NCBI GenBank assembly: GCA_964016885.1
Contig: OZ024761.1
Location: forward strand, 26,040,001-26,104,000
Reading direction: 5' to 3'
Length of the DNA: 64,000 nucleotides
Source: Eledone cirrhosa
Lineage: Eukaryota
The translations under genes were made by a program, and so were the position numbers. Each line of letters starts with the position of its first letter. Position 1 is the first letter of the stretch. The notes beneath the pieces are model-generated. The model saw only the letters and a program-made list of their open reading frames with translations, searched no databases and had not been told where the DNA came from. Positions 13,021 to 26,246 of this stretch are shown here, piece after piece.

Positions 13021-14691
13021 ATTTCGTTACTTTATATTTCAGCTATTTTATTGCTTCTTTTTCCAATGTCAATCCTGATACTTTGTATGGGATTTTTCTT
13101 TACTATTCTGGAGGTGTCTTTATGGTGTTTAATGGCGGATTTTTACAGCGTTATGTTATATTTTTTTTATTCTATACAAAATTACTATCCATAAGGTTTC
13201 TTTGCTTCGTCTTTCATTGTCATCTGTTGGCTTAAACACACAACCATTATGATCTAGTATGGTTTTCTAGTATATTTTCATTTAGAATCTTCTGTCATTT
13301 TTTTGCCGCCATGATACCTAAATAGTGTCTTTGATTTATTATTATTTTTTTTTCATTATTATTTTTGTTTGTATATTTGTTATGCTTTTCTTCGTGCTTC
13401 TAAAAGGAAGCAACAGCTAGAAAAATGTTTTTTAAGGCATTCTTGTATTTAACACTACGTATTCGTTCAGCCATTTTTCGTTCTTCAACGCCGCCATCAT
13501 CGTCATCATCATCATCGTCGTCGTCATCATCATCGCAATATCGTCATCATCATCAGCATAATGATGATGATGATCATCATCATCAGCATAATGATGATGA
13601 TGATCATCATCATTATATAATCATAAGCATCATCAATATAATCATCATCGATGCTATCATCGCCATCATCGCCATCCCCATCATCACCACCATCACCATC
13701 ACTGCTTTGTTTTAACAATTTTGACTAACATATTTTTGTTTTGTAAAGAAGGTGTAACGCAATAATGGATTCCATTTGAATCCTGTATTTTCGTTAAAAT
13801 ATTCCTGCCGAGTTATATACACATTTTTTTTTCTAGTACTTGTATCTCCCCTTACATAACCTTTCATAGAAATATGGTGACTCTCATTTCTTTTCCCTTC
13901 CCTCCTATTTTATTTTCATTCCTTTTCTCACTCAAAGTCTTTCCTCAACACCCCCCACTCTCTAACCCCCACCATCACCCCCGACTACCATCATTCTACT
14001 CCAACGCCCATCAACACTACTAAAATTGCACTAAAATATTTCAACTATCCAAATTTTTATGAATAATAATCACCATATCTCTCCATAACACTTCCAGTTA
14101 ATATCTTCAATCTAATTGGTAATATTTCGTGTAGTTATGCATTTGCCCTAAGCTAAAATTTGTTAGGTTCTAAATTTCAAATTTTAATTTCTATTTTTCT
14201 ATTTTTTTTGTTATATTTACGTTGTTTTTTGTGGGGGTTTTTTTTGGTGTGTGTGTGTGTGCGGGGTGTGTGTGTGTGTGTGGGGGGTTCATTTTTGTTT
14301 TAAAATATTAAATGTTGCTGCCGTTTGCTGGATTTCAGAAAATTACTTCTACTACTATTACTACTAGTATTGCTGCTGCTACCACTACTACTACAATTAC
14401 TAATACTACCACTATGATTACTGCTTCTAATAATTCTACAAATACTCTTACTACGACTACTACTACTACCACGACTACTGCATCTACTACTATTACTAAT
14501 AATACAATTTTTTTTATTTTTACTATTACTATGCTATTAACCCTAAAATGATATTTTTAATATTTCTTCTATTACTGCTACAATTACTAATACTACCACC
14601 ATGGATACTGCTTTTATTACTAATTCTACAAATACTCCTACTACGACTACTATCACTACGGCTACTCTTTCTACTACTATTATTACTAATA

Positions 14692-14878
14692 CGTGGTGGA
14701 TTGGCAGTATCGGTTGAGGGTCGGACGCCATGCTTTCCAGCATAGTTACCTCCCTTTACGGTCTGAGTTCAAATCCCGCCGAGGTTTACTTTGCCTTTCA
14801 TCCTTACGGGGTTGATAAAATAAAGTACCAGTTATGCACTGGGTAATTGCTGGCCTTGTGCCTAAAGTAGAAACAATT
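14692..14878 (+). mobile_element. SINE family A, full length, 16-bp TSD
   Basis: TSD attattactaatacgt at 14679-14694 and 14876-14891. Confidence 0.9.
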
Positions 14879-14909
14879 ATTACTAATACGTTTGTTTTTT
14901 ATTTATATC

Positions 14910-15035
14910 TAAGGCGGGTAAAATTCCCGAGATCCATGGACGAGTTCTCTCCAGCGGTCTCTGTCCCTCATTATCGCTGCCATGTCCTGCATCTCCAACA
15001 GACCAGTGTCTGTCCTTAGGGCATCAACATACGTT
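14910..15035 (-). mobile_element. RTE-clade LINE 3' fragment
   Basis: The minus strand encodes TYVDALRTDTGLLEMQDMAAIMRDRDRWRELV, a typical RTE ORF C-terminus. Confidence 0.65.
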
Positions 15036-15804
15036 AAATTCTTAATATTTCTCCTATTATTCTACAAATAGTCCTGCTACTACTATTACTACTGATACAA
15101 TTTTTTTTTTTTTTTTACTATGAATACTACTAACCCTAAAATAATATATTTTCTATTTCTACAACTAGAAACTACTACTACTACTACTACGAATATTAAT
15201 ACAGCAACTACTACTAATACAACTATCATTATTATTTCTATTATCATCACCACTAACATCACAGTTAATATTACAGTTTTGATATGAATGAAAACGGAGT
15301 GTTTTGGGATTATTTTATTATTATTGGTTTTCTCAATTTGTCCTTAAAAAGTTACAGATTTCAAATTTGCGTTTACAAAAATCTAAAAACAGGTAAAATA
15401 AAGAAATATTAAATTATTAAAAAATAGAAGAAAAAAAAAACCAAAAATGATAATCCAAATATGATAAAGGCGGTGGTGGTGAAGGAGGAGGATTGGAGGA
15501 AAATGGGGAATGAGGGAAAAGAAATAATGGATTTATCATCAACACGTGACACAAAGACAGTATGTTAAAGGTTATACATGTGATTGGCAGGATTACACGA
15601 CAGTTGTCACATTTTAAGAGTAATGGCGTTTTTTCTTGGAATTTGCTGGAAAATCTGTAGAAATATCTGCTGCAATCTGGTTAATGATTCAAACAAGTTG
15701 ATCAATCTAGGTGGCGCTGCGGTTCTGCTAAGTTTATGGGTCTGTGTTTTTGTTTTATTGTTTAGCTTCTTCGCTTTGGGGATAATGGCAGCGATGGAGA
15801 TTTT

Positions 15805-16084
15805 TCATTCTTTTTCTTCATTGTCGTCGTCGGTATTTTCGTTATCTCCGTTGTCACCGTCGTTGTCACCGTCGTTGTCAACGTCGTTGTCAACGTCGTT
15901 GTCAACGTCGTTGTCACCGTCGTTGTCACCGTCGTTGTCAACGTCGTTGTCAACGTCGTTCTCACCGTCGTTGTCACCGTCGTTGTCACCTTTGCCATCC
16001 TCTTCGTCTTCTTGCATGAATAATACTACCATCTTATTCGAAGGCAGCCAATTGCATTTCGTAAGATCTACACAGAATCCATTC
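15805..16084 (-). other. Possible terminal exon with an acidic 12-bp (DNDG/DNDV) repeat; product unknown
   Basis: Putative acceptor ttatag|GAATGG. One frame reads [32 protein letters not shown](DNDx)n..EEKE*. No family recognised. Confidence 0.25.
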
Positions 16085-16087
<3 letters not shown>

Positions 16088-16142
<55 letters not shown>

Positions 16143-16531
16143 CCTACACATGCATACATACATACACTATATATACATATATATATATACACTATATATA
16201 CACACATACATACTATATACATACTATATATATACATACTATATATGTATATATACACACATACATACTATATACATACATAATATATATATACATACTA
16301 TATATACATACTATATATATATACATACTATATATACATACTATATATATATACTATATATATATACTATATATATATATACATACTATATATATATACA
16401 TATATATATACATATATATATACACATATATATATACATATACATATATATATATACATATACATATATATATATACATATACATATATACATATACATA
16501 TATATATATACATATACATATATACATATAC

Positions 16532-16562
<31 letters not shown>

Positions 16563-16803
16563 CATATATATATACATATATATATATACATATATATATA
16601 TACATATATATATATACATATATATATATATACATATATATATATACATATATATATATACATATATATATATACATATATATATATACATATATATATA
16701 TACATATATATATATACATATATATATATACATATATATATATACATATATATATATACATATATACATATATATATATACATATACATATATACATATA
16801 CAT

Positions 16804-16845
<42 letters not shown>

Positions 16846-17131
16846 ACATATATACATATACATATATACATATACATATATACATATACATATATACATA
16901 TACATATATACATATATATATACATATACATATATACATATATATATATACATATATACATATACATATATACATATACATATATACATATATATATATA
17001 CATATATACATATATATATATACATATATACATATATATATATATATACATATATACATATATATATATATATACATATATACATATATATATATATACA
17101 CATATATACATATATATATATATACATATAC

Positions 17132-17162
<31 letters not shown>

Positions 17163-17163
17163 C

Positions 17164-17194
<31 letters not shown>

Positions 17195-17519
17195 CATATA
17201 CATATACATATATACATATATACATATACATATATACATATATATATATACATATACATATATACATATATATATATACATATATACATATATATATATA
17301 CATATATACATATATATATATACATATATACATATACATATATACATATATACATATATATATATACATATATATATATACATATATACATATATATATA
17401 TACATATATACATATATATATATACATATACATATATACATATATATATATACATATATATATATACATATATATATATACATATATACATATACATATA
17501 TATATATACATATATATAT

Positions 17520-17582
<63 letters not shown>

Positions 17583-17989
17583 CATATATATATATACATA
17601 TATATATATACATATATATATATACATATACATATACATATATATATATACATATATATACATATACATACATATACATATATATACATATACATACATA
17701 TACATATATATACATATACATACATATACATATATATACATATACATACATATACATATATATATATACATATATATACATATACATATATATATATATA
17801 CATATATATATATACATATATATATATACATATATATATATACATATATATATATACATATAAATACATATATATATATACATATATATACATATATATA
17901 CATATATATATATACATATATATACATATATATACATATATATATACATATATATACATATATATACATATATATACATATATATATAC

Positions 17990-18044
<55 letters not shown>

Positions 18045-18200
18045 CACATGTATATACATACATATACAAGTATCTATACACATATATATACGTGTATATA
18101 TATGTATATATGTATATATATATACACACGCACACATAGTTTTGTACATACATACACTTACATATTTATTCATACATTAATAAATACATATGTATCTGTA

Positions 18201-18266
<66 letters not shown>
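16088..18266. repeat. (TA)n/(TACATA)n microsatellite block
   Basis: Directly visible. Confidence 0.97.
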
Positions 18267-18270
<4 letters not shown>

Positions 18271-19055
18271 TACAACGAAAAATATACACAGAGGGAGAAT
18301 GATGAAGAGAATAGGAAGAGATTTTGGCAAGAGAATTTACATTCGACGCATTAACCCGTTGACATCAAATTCTAACAATGTTAATAAGTCGAAGCAGTAA
18401 GCAATTAATAGTTTAATATTTTTTAGACATATGTTCCATCATATACTTAATCATGTGATCAATCTTGTTTTCTAAAATATACAGCAACAACAACAGAAAA
18501 AATACGACGATTATGGTTTTTAGCACGGCGGCCATTAAAATCTCATTTTCTACATGATACTTTATGGTATATGTTAGTGTGTATTATATGCGTATGCGTA
18601 GATGTGCTTATACCTATATACGTGTGTGTGTGTGTATGTGTGTGTGTGTGTGTGTATGTTTGTGTATGTGTGTGTGCGTGTAGATAGATAGATATAGATA
18701 TAAATACGTGTGTGTGTGAGTGTATATGTGTATGTATGTGTGTATGTATATATAATTGTGTATGTATATAATTGTGTCTGTGTGTGTTAGTATGTGTGTT
18801 GTTATTTTTCCTTTCCTTCTTCCTTTTCCAGCCTCACTTTCATATAGATTATATTTTTGTTTTTAAAATCTAACGCCAATAAATACACCAGAATCTTTTC
18901 ATTCTGATGATTGAAAGCAAAATTTTTTTGCTTTTAAGAAACCACTGGTAAATGAAATAATTGCCTTATGTTGTTTATTACATAACTAAATATATATATA
19001 TATAAATATACATAGATATATATATATATATATAGATAAATATATATAGATATAA

Positions 19056-19086
<31 letters not shown>

Positions 19087-19089
19087 GAT

Positions 19090-19445
19090 TAACGGAAAAA
19101 ATGAAACGAAATTTCATTTCCCACTCTTAGTACGGCTGTTACTTAAATATAAGTATGTACACGTAGATACATATATGTATACAGACGTACAGTAGTATGT
19201 ATATATATATACGTACATGCACACACATATATATGTACGTATGGATTCACCGAACATTTATTATAATGCTCGGTGTGTTTGTAAACAAACATCCCGTATT
19301 ATGCCGTAGTGTCTAGCAACCATCGCTGCTCGTTTGTTCAACACTGACAAAGGAACGCTGTACTAGTTTCAAGCTGATTAGCTATCGTCAGCAACGTATA
19401 CCTTCCTGCCATATTGTTGAACGTATATACTTACCTTATGCATAT
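19090..19445 (+). repeat. Solo copy of the ~436-bp unit amplified at 47531-48420
   Basis: acggaaaaaatgaaacgaaatttcattt...cagcaacgtataccttcctgcca matches 47761-48130. Confidence 0.85.
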
Positions 19446-20189
19446 GCATATAAAGATTGATATATAGAAATATATATAGATATATATAGAGAGAAAAATA
19501 GAGAGAAAGAGATATGGATTCATATTCTCCTTTATAATATAATTAGATATGTATGCATAATTAAATATAATTGCGTGTGTGTGTGTATGTGTGTATGTGT
19601 GTGGGTGTAGGTGGGTGTGGGTGTGTGTGTGTGTGTGCGTCTGCGTGTGTGCGTCTGCGTGTGTGCGTATGCGTGTGTGCGTATGCGTGTGTGCGTATGC
19701 GTGTCTGCGTGTGCGTGTCTGCGTGTGCGTGTCTGCGTGTGCGTGTCTGCGTGTGTGGGTCTGCGTGTGTGTGTCTGCGTGTGTGTGTCTGCGTGTGTGT
19801 GTCTGCGTGTGTGTGTCTGCGTGTGTGTGTCTGCTTGTGTGTGTCTGCTTGTGTGTGTCTGCTTGTGTGTGTCTGCGTGTGTGTATAAGCATATATATTT
19901 ATATCCATACCTATATCTTGTCTACCAATGTATTTTTCAGTCTTTCTTCCTATCTCACTACCTACTTACTTGTCGATCTCTAATTTGTGGTTAGGCTTTG
20001 AGTCCTGTTATCGCAATGATGTGGGTTCAATTTCCACATCCGTTGTTGCGTTGTTCTCTTGATTCGGGAACTTTCTTTGAACCATTTCACATTGCACCAG
20101 CAAATTTAGCTGAAATATTATGCCATTGCTATCAACTGAAGTTCAAATATGAGATAGAATGGTTACGATTTAGAGGGCCAGGTACTTTA

Positions 20190-20525
20190 AATAGAGTGTG
20201 TAACTCGGAGGACAAAGTATCGTTCAAGTTAGAACTGCTACTTCTCCGAATTTGGAGATCACAACTCTGATATTACAGCTATGTGGTTAGAATGTCTCAG
20301 GAAAGTATCGCTGGACATATTTTATAGGCAAAATCAACAGGCAGGAGACCCAGGGGCAGACCTCCGAGGAATTTAGTTGAATAACTTCCATTAGTTTCGC
20401 TGTTCTCGCTTGGGCATCCAGCATCATTAATTGGTGATGGTTGTCTCTGACAGAACTCGCTACAATGAGTGTTCGAGGACACTCTGCCTGCCCACGATCC
20501 TCTCAGGAATAAGTGGATGAAGATA
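20190..20525 (+). mobile_element. RTE-clade LINE 3' fragment, decayed
   Basis: Encodes LELLLLRIWRSQL*YYSYVVRM and TGRRPRGRP, the RTE C-terminal motifs, with stops. A GAA-rich tract follows. Confidence 0.65.
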
Positions 20526-21971
20526 AAGAACGCGACCAAGGAGAAGACCAAAAACACTAAGTCGACCAAGAGGAAGTCCACGACTTCGACGGAGGAAAAG
20601 GAGAAGGAGAAGGACAACAACAACAACAACAAGGAAACGAAAAAGAACAACAACAACAACAAGGAAACGAAAAAGAAGAAGAAGAATGAGGAAACGAAAA
20701 AGAAGAAGAAGAAGAATGAGGAAAAGAAAAAAAAGAAAAAGAAAAAGAAGAAGAAGAGTACTATCACTCGGAAGAAGTTCTAAACGTGGTCTTGTTGAAC
20801 TTATTGCTAGACGGTAAAAACAGAAAATTTAGTAGGTCAACGATTCGTGATCTCTCACATCAAATTATACTTTTTGCTTGAAAACAACCCAATGGGGCTT
20901 CATCTTACTTTGACAAAGTTTTAAATGTTCACTGATTCCCCGACCCCTCCCAGATGCTGCCATATCACCTTTGTAAATTCAATTCTCATAAGCGACGGTT
21001 TATTTATTTATTTAATTATTACTTTTTTTTTTTCTTTTCTGTTATAACAAAAATCAAATGAGAGGGATGGCCAACACATTGAAATATTAAGCCTTGTCTT
21101 TTCTCGGGAGGGTTGTAACTGACAAGTTTGTCAGCTTTCATCATACGCATATTTAATCACGAACGAAAATTATTCTAAATGAATGCAAAAGAAACTTAAA
21201 AAGAATAAAGTGAGCTAAAACAAAAACGAAAAACAAAACCTCTTTAGAAACTATTTGAATAACTTTACAAAGGAAATTTTTATTTTCATTGCGATCTAAT
21301 GGTCAATGTTACGTATGTAAATATATATAAATGACTGACTGAATAAGCACGTGTATTTTTTTTTCATTTCCCCCACCCCCGTCCTTTTCTTTTCCCACAC
21401 TACCATTTTATTTCATATTTTATTTCTCATTCTATCTCCTGATAAAAAATAAGTGTCCGGAACGTTAAGATTCTCTTTTCCTATTATTTCAAGCGTTAAA
21501 CTAATATATTTCTCCATTGCACTGTGTCGTTTGCTTTGTTAATTCTGTTTACTTTTTACATACACACACATAGATTATATATATATATATATATATATAC
21601 ATGAGAGGGAGAGGGGGTGCCTAACAAATGTATGCACACATTTATTAGAGTGCTGTTGCAGTGTGTATACATTTATGTGGGGAACCCTATATATATATAT
21701 ATATATATATTTCATCGTACCTCCTACACTATATATATATATATATATAGTGTAGGAGGTACGATGAAATACTGGTGTTGGTACCAAATCAACCACTCTG
21801 CACAGGCAGTCTCAGGAATAGATCAATACTGGAGTCGCGTCGATTACCCCTATGCGTCACTGTGAGCCAATCATCTGCGAACGCGCGTAATAGGTCGATA
21901 TACAATAAATATTTTTCATATGCAAACGAAACTTCTTCGTTTTTTCTATTATATATATATATATATAAAGG

Positions 21972-22186
21972 ATCGATCGACTTTCGTCAAATTGGACCGA
22001 GGAAACAATGTTTCCTTTGGTTTTTCCAATTGCTCATAATATCTATCAGTCTCAACTCCAGGTAGAAGGAGCAACGTGAAATAAAGTGTCTTGCTCAAGG
22101 ACATAACGGATCGCCCGGTCCCCCAGGAATCGAACTCACAACCTCAAGATTGTGAATCCAATTCTCTAGCCACTCAGCCACACGCC
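21972..22186 (-). mobile_element. tRNA-derived SINE, family B (CORE-like)
   Basis: The reverse complement has gtggctgagtggctagag, the B-box gagttcgattcc, CORE-like tgtccttgagcaagacactt and a tail shared with the 24812 and 50122 copies. Confidence 0.85.
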
Positions 22187-22395
22187 TATAATATATATAT
22201 ATATATATATATATACACAGTTCAAGAGTAACTAATCTTAAAGAGAGAGATGGAGATAGTAGAGGAGATATGAGAGGAGAGATTGGTGAGTTAGTTAGAA
22301 GCTAAAGCGTAAAGGCATGTGCTCAATGTGCAATATGCAGTAGAAAGCAGATAGGTGGCTGAATTCATGCAGAAGTTAGGTGCGCAGAGCTGGAA

Positions 22396-23253
22396 ATATT
22401 CATTAGTTATGCAAAACAAGACCACAAACTTCACAAGGAAGACATTATTAAAAGATTGTCAACATAATTTAGTTTGATGTAAGGAATGAAGAGAATAATA
22501 ATATTAATAATAATAATTGTTTCTACTTTAGGCACAAGGCCAGCAATTACCCAGTGCATTACTGGTACTTTATTTTATCGACCCCGTAAGGATAAAAGGC
22601 AAAGTCAACCTCGGCGGGATTTGAACTCAGATCGTAAAGGGACGTAACTATGCTGGAAAGCATGGCGTCCGACCCTCTACCGATATTGCCAATCGACCGC
22701 CCTCTATTAATAATAATAATAATGTCCGTTTACAATTGTTTCGCTACTCCATATAATATTTCTGGATCAGATGACTATATATCATAATGGATCTGGTTCA
22801 GTTGAAAATAATTAACATATTTAAAAAAACAGAGTGGCTCATCGGAACTCTTGTTACCCATAGGCAGATCTCACACAATGCAGCCTCGACAGATGAATAC
22901 TGCTTGATTATGGCTAACAGCTGATGCAACCAAGACACCATTAGTAAAAACCAATATATGGAACATTATATTATGTAACATTATTTTAATTTATATTCCT
23001 TTGAGTTCCGATGAGCCACTCTGTTTTTTTAAATATGTTAATTATTTTCAACTGAACCAGCTCAATTATGATATATAGTCATCTGATCCAGAAATATTAT
23101 ATGGAGTAGCGAAACAATTGTAAACGGACATTATTATTATTATTAATAGTATTATTATTATTCTCTACATTCCTTACATCAAACTAAAATATGTTGACAA
23201 TCTTTTAATAATGTCTTCCTTGTGAAGTCTGTGGTCTTGTTTTGCTTAACTAA

Positions 23254-23260
<7 letters not shown>
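22396..23260. mobile_element. Fold-back element with ~260-bp inverted arms; left arm interrupted by a SINE
   Basis: 22396-22852, minus the SINE, is the near-perfect reverse complement of 23001-23260. Confidence 0.85.
22515..22702 (-). mobile_element. SINE family A, full length
   Basis: Near-consensus copy flanked by duplicated tattaataataataat. Confidence 0.9.
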
Positions 23261-23300
<40 letters not shown>

Positions 23301-23655
23301 GTAATCAGAAACAACACAATCGGTACAGTACATGGAAGGGATATATTAGGTTTACGCTTCATATAGCAGGAAGAGGGTCTTAACGCTTCGGACGCTAGTC
23401 CATCAGAAGAAAGAATGAAAAATAAGATAGATTGAGGGGATGGGCGGGTTGGAATTGGAAAAGAAAATGTCTTTAGATAAGAATAACAGTTCCATTCACG
23501 TATATAAGTTAATCCCGAGTTCAATTGTGGGTAGCCACTGTAGGTAAGGTACCCAATACATAGCAGAGAATAGATATTTAATATAGAAAAGTCTTCTACA
23601 GGACTAGAATACATTTAAATATGTGTGTGTGAGTGTAGAGAGAGAGAGAGGGAGG

Positions 23656-23696
<41 letters not shown>

Positions 23697-23841
23697 ACTC
23701 GTCCTTTAATTGCAAAGGAAATTCCCATATTGATTGAGATCTAATTGTCAATATCATTATGTAAGTAAATATATATATATATACACACAGATATACGTCC
23801 TTTAATTCATTTTTTTTCTTTTATTCTCTTTTCTTTTGCAG

Positions 23842-23991
23842 TTGTTCATGCAATGATATCGTGCTCACGCTGTGATTCGCGGAGAGATACATATTATAGT
23901 GAATGTGAACAGACTCCACCGCCTCCAACACCATGTCCTCAAAATAGTAATTCAGATTTCTGCTCTATAATAAGGGAGACAGAATTCAATG
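23842..23991 (+). CDS. Ly6/uPAR (three-finger, quiver/sleepless-like) protein, internal exon
   Basis: Splice sites ttcttttgcag|...AATG|gtaagt, phase 1-1. Reads VHAMISCSRCDSRRDTYYSECEQTPPPPTPCPQNSNSDFCSIIRETEFN (5 Cys). Confidence 0.8.
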
Positions 23992-24373
23992 GTAAGTACT
24001 GATTAAATAATTATTCGCTGCGTTCGATAATAGGAGAATCAGTTGAAACGTTCATTGGTTGATTATGTTGAAGAATAAACCTTATTTAGTGATCCGTGAT
24101 ATAGTTTGATAGCAAACTTTGCGGAAATAGTTCCAAGGCTTTGGGTTCTGAGTTATAAAAATACTTCACGACTTAAACGTTACCTTTCATCCTGTCAAGG
24201 TCGATTAAATGAAGTACCAGTTGGGTACTGGGTTCGACTCTTCTTGTATCTCACACTTTCTCACTTTATTCATATATATATTATATATAAATATTATATA
24301 TATAATATATATATAATATGTATATAGTTCAGAAGGACAAATAAACAAACAAACGCAGGAGTGTATAGGGCAC

Positions 24374-24404
<31 letters not shown>

Positions 24405-24410
<6 letters not shown>

Positions 24411-24570
24411 TTCAAAATATAACAAAAATAGACATTCGTATGAACAAGTATATTTTATTATACATATTTCAGAGGTACTGTTGAAGATAGCTCAGTACCG
24501 CTGAAATATGTATAATAAAATATTCTTGATCCCACGAATGTCTATTTTTGATAATATTTTGAATTAATAT
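24405..24570. mobile_element. Palindromic hairpin element
   Basis: Arms tattaattcaaaatat..aaaaatagacattcgt..ttattatacatatttcag and ctgaaatatgtataataa..acgaatgtctattttt..atattttgaattaata. Confidence 0.8.
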
Positions 24571-24670
24571 TAATAACTCCGGAAAACCAAACTGTGGAGT
24601 GCTTCTAATCTATTGTAAAACTTTATTCTTTGATTTATTCATTGAACCTTGTTTAACCTTTAAATATATA

Positions 24671-24724
<54 letters not shown>

Positions 24725-24811
24725 CTATATATATAAATATATATATACGTGTCTATGCATATATACATAAATATACATATATACATAAACATATATACAT
24801 ATATGTGTGCA

Positions 24812-25020
24812 TGAAGGCTGAGTGGTTAGAGAATTGGATTCCCAATCGTGAGGTTGTGAGTTCGATTCCTGGACCTGGTGATGCGTTATATCCTTGGGCA
24901 AGATACTTTATTTCATGTTGCTCCTTCTGCCTGGAGTTTGACCGATAGATAGTATTCGCAATTGGAAAGACCGACGGAAACATTGTTTCCTCGGTCCGAT
25001 TTGACAAAAGTCGATCGATC
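24812..25020 (+). mobile_element. SINE family B (CORE-like)
   Basis: ggctgagtggttaga, gagttcgattcc and tccttgggcaagatactt. Confidence 0.85.
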
Positions 25021-25121
25021 CTTTTTATGTGTGTATGTGTGTGTGTGTGCCAGTGAATGCATATATACATAAATATACATATATACATAAACATATATAT
25101 ATATATATATATAATGAGGAA

Positions 25122-25306
25122 AGTGTGGTAAGGAACCAGGTGGACCATAACGCACCAGAGTACTCGATACTTTGGGTAGTAGAGTGGGTAATTGGAAAAT
25201 GTTCAAGACCCCGACAGCAAAGCTCAAGCCGTTTCGACGGCCGTTTCAGTCCAGAAATAGCCGTCGAAACGGCTTGAGCTCTGCCGTCGGGGTCTTCAAC
25301 ATTTTC
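25122..25306 (+). mobile_element. Dispersed element with a GC-rich terminal hairpin; inverted relative at 37481-37688
   Basis: Hairpin gaccccgacagcaaagctcaagccgtttcgacggc / gccgtcgaaacggcttgagctctgccgtcggggtc. Both copies share agagtactcgatactt..agtagagtgggtaat. Confidence 0.75.
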
Positions 25307-25969
25307 TTATATATATATATATATTATTTTTTTCTTATTCCCTCTGGGTGGAATTGGTTTTGTTCAGACATGGAGTGGTGATGGACTCGGTCAGATTTAA
25401 ATGAACAAGACTTGCCTCCGTGTTACAACGTGACTGTTACAACCCTGTCCCTACGAATCCAGCAGAGTTAAGGGACTATGGATTATGAGAAATAAATAGA
25501 AAAAGGTCTCTTTAATAACACGTTGCATTGTTGAACATTTGAGAAAAGATGGCATCCAGTTTCAAATGTTTTCGAGCGTGCTTAATTTTTTTTTTTTTAT
25601 TCATATTTTCACAGCGAAGTAGAAATCAACATAGTTTTTTTTTGGTTTCTACAACATAGCTGCCGGTCATAATATTTTGCAAGAGGTCAGCCCATTTCGA
25701 TGTCACGGAGATGATATTTTAAGCAGGAAAAGCATGCAACGTGTGTAGAATTAATTTACAAACATTTTGTTATTAGTGAAGAATTAATTACTGCCACAGC
25801 AATTAGATTTTTAGCAAATTGATAAATAAATAAATAAATAAATATATGAATGAATAAATAAATAAATAAATAAATATATTAATTACAAACTCCTGGTTAA
25901 AAAGACATAGTGAATATTACTGGAAGGAGTTCCTATTTCCTCCTAAAAGTAACGCATTATTAATTACTT

Positions 25970-26156
25970 GGCGGTCGTTTGGCAGTATCGGTGGAGGGTC
26001 GGACGCCATGCTTTCCAGCATAGTTACGTCCCTTTACGATCTGAGTTCAAATCCCGCCGAGGTTGACTTTGCCTTTCATCCTTACGGGGTCGATAAAATA
26101 AAGTACCAGTAATGCACTGGGTAATTGCTGGCCTTGTGCCAAAAGTAGAAACAATT
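25970..26156 (+). mobile_element. SINE family A, full length, 14-bp TSD
   Basis: TSD attattaattactt at 25956-25969 and 26154-26167. Confidence 0.9.
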
Positions 26157-26246
26157 ATTAATTACTTCTCATTTTGAAGAATAAACTAAAATAATATAGG
26201 AACAATAATAATAATCGTAATAATAATAATAATAATAATAATAATT

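Noticed and set aside
13030-13500. Coding-looking minus-strand segments (for example GGVEERKMAERIRSVKYKNALKNIF)
   Set aside because: Frequent stops, no consistent exon chain and no recognisable family.
18484-18566. Candidate signal-peptide exon for the Ly6 gene (also considered ~21300 and ~23543)
   Set aside because: Each has an in-frame stop, too short a leader or the wrong splice phase.
20297-20783. Poly-F and poly-K ORFs
   Set aside because: They come from the (GAA)n tract at an RTE 3' end.
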